Notes under the pieces: model-generated
Databases searched by the model: none
Told to the model about the DNA's origin: nothing
Seen by the model: only the letters and a program-made list of their open reading frames with translations
Shown here: positions 63,248 to 64,000 of the stretch, one piece after another
Layout of the letters: every line of letters begins with the position of its first letter
Position numbering within the stretch: position 1 is the first letter of the stretch
Program-made: the position numbers and the translations under genes
NCBI GenBank assembly: GCA_051294375.1
Contig: CM119269.1
Location: 186,001 to 250,000 of the forward strand
Length of the DNA stretch: 64,000 nt
DNA from: Paraspadella gotoi
Taxonomy: Eukaryota; Animalia; Chaetognatha
Direction: 5' to 3'

Positions 63248-64000
63248 ATGGCCCATTATCGAGAAAAGGGAAAATTCCAGGGGTGAGGACCGAGATAAAA
63301 CGAAGTTTGGTTGAAAGAATAATGAAAGTAATATTAGAGATTAAATGAATGATTAGTTGGATACAAAAAGACTCAAGAAATGGAAGCTTTTGCTATTCGA
63401 AGAAAAAAACTGAGTTTAAGTTTAACAATAAGGTTACTTCGCTTCATTCAGCTCTATCTATACCCCAATCGATAAATCGGCAGCCCAAATTTTCGCGCGG
63501 AACAACTCTATACTTTTCGGTCGGTCTGTCGGTCAGTCGGTCGGTATGTCTGTTCGTCGGTCTGTCCCACTTACGTTAAAAATGTATATAATTTGCCTCT
63601 AGTTAGTTGCTCTTTTGTTAAGACAGAAAAAAACCTGAAACCTAAGGAACTGGAATCGTCGCATTCAGAAAATCCTGTTATGTTATGTCATGTTATGTCA
63701 CGTTATGTCATGTCACGTCACGTCATTTTATGTCATGTCATGTCCCGAGCATAAGGCAGTCAGTGCGGCGCAAGACATTTGAATTACCGTTCTTGTTTTA
63801 TTTTATTTTTTATTCTGTTTTGTTCTTTTTTTTCTTTCCAATTGTTTTCATAACTGGTTACACTCAGTGATCTTATATTAAAAAAAAAGTAAAAACAAAA
63901 TTAGACACCATTTTCCGAAAGCGCCTAATTCGTCGGCTTAATAAAAACCCGAATATTTTAGTTTTCTCTCTAACCAAATACCCAGTACCTACTCTAACCC

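Noticed and set aside
63930-64000. Telomere-like end (ctaaccc)
   Set aside because: Single occurrence, no tandem array.

Overview
AT-rich, microsatellite-dense, intron-containing eukaryotic (probably invertebrate) DNA from a draft assembly with N gaps and uncorrected, indel-rich long-read segments. Several blocks occur 2-4 times, as haplotype overlaps and probably one true tandem duplication. The ORF track is almost all low-complexity noise, but hand-splicing recovers two genes it misses. (1) On the + strand, a small secreted prepropeptide of ~121 aa: signal peptide, acidic propiece, KKR, then an Arg/Phe-rich peptide of charge +14. It looks like an undescribed antimicrobial or cytolytic peptide, and its second coding exon is present three times. 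(2) On the - strand, a 7-exon, 345-aa LicD/fukutin-family phosphotransferase with three N-terminal hydrophobic helices. One of its introns is a tandem amplification of its own splice acceptor. Mobile DNA includes a miniature LTR retrotransposon (TRIM) whose LTR carries a tRNA-like Pol III cassette, an LTR-like piece fused to about half a tRNA-Leu copy, two Helentron/DINE-1-like families (one with an empty site in the window), a hAT-type MITE, a long-TIR foldback element, a gag-only BEL/Pao-like element and retroelement remnants. No CRISPR, rRNA or intact tRNA gene was found.
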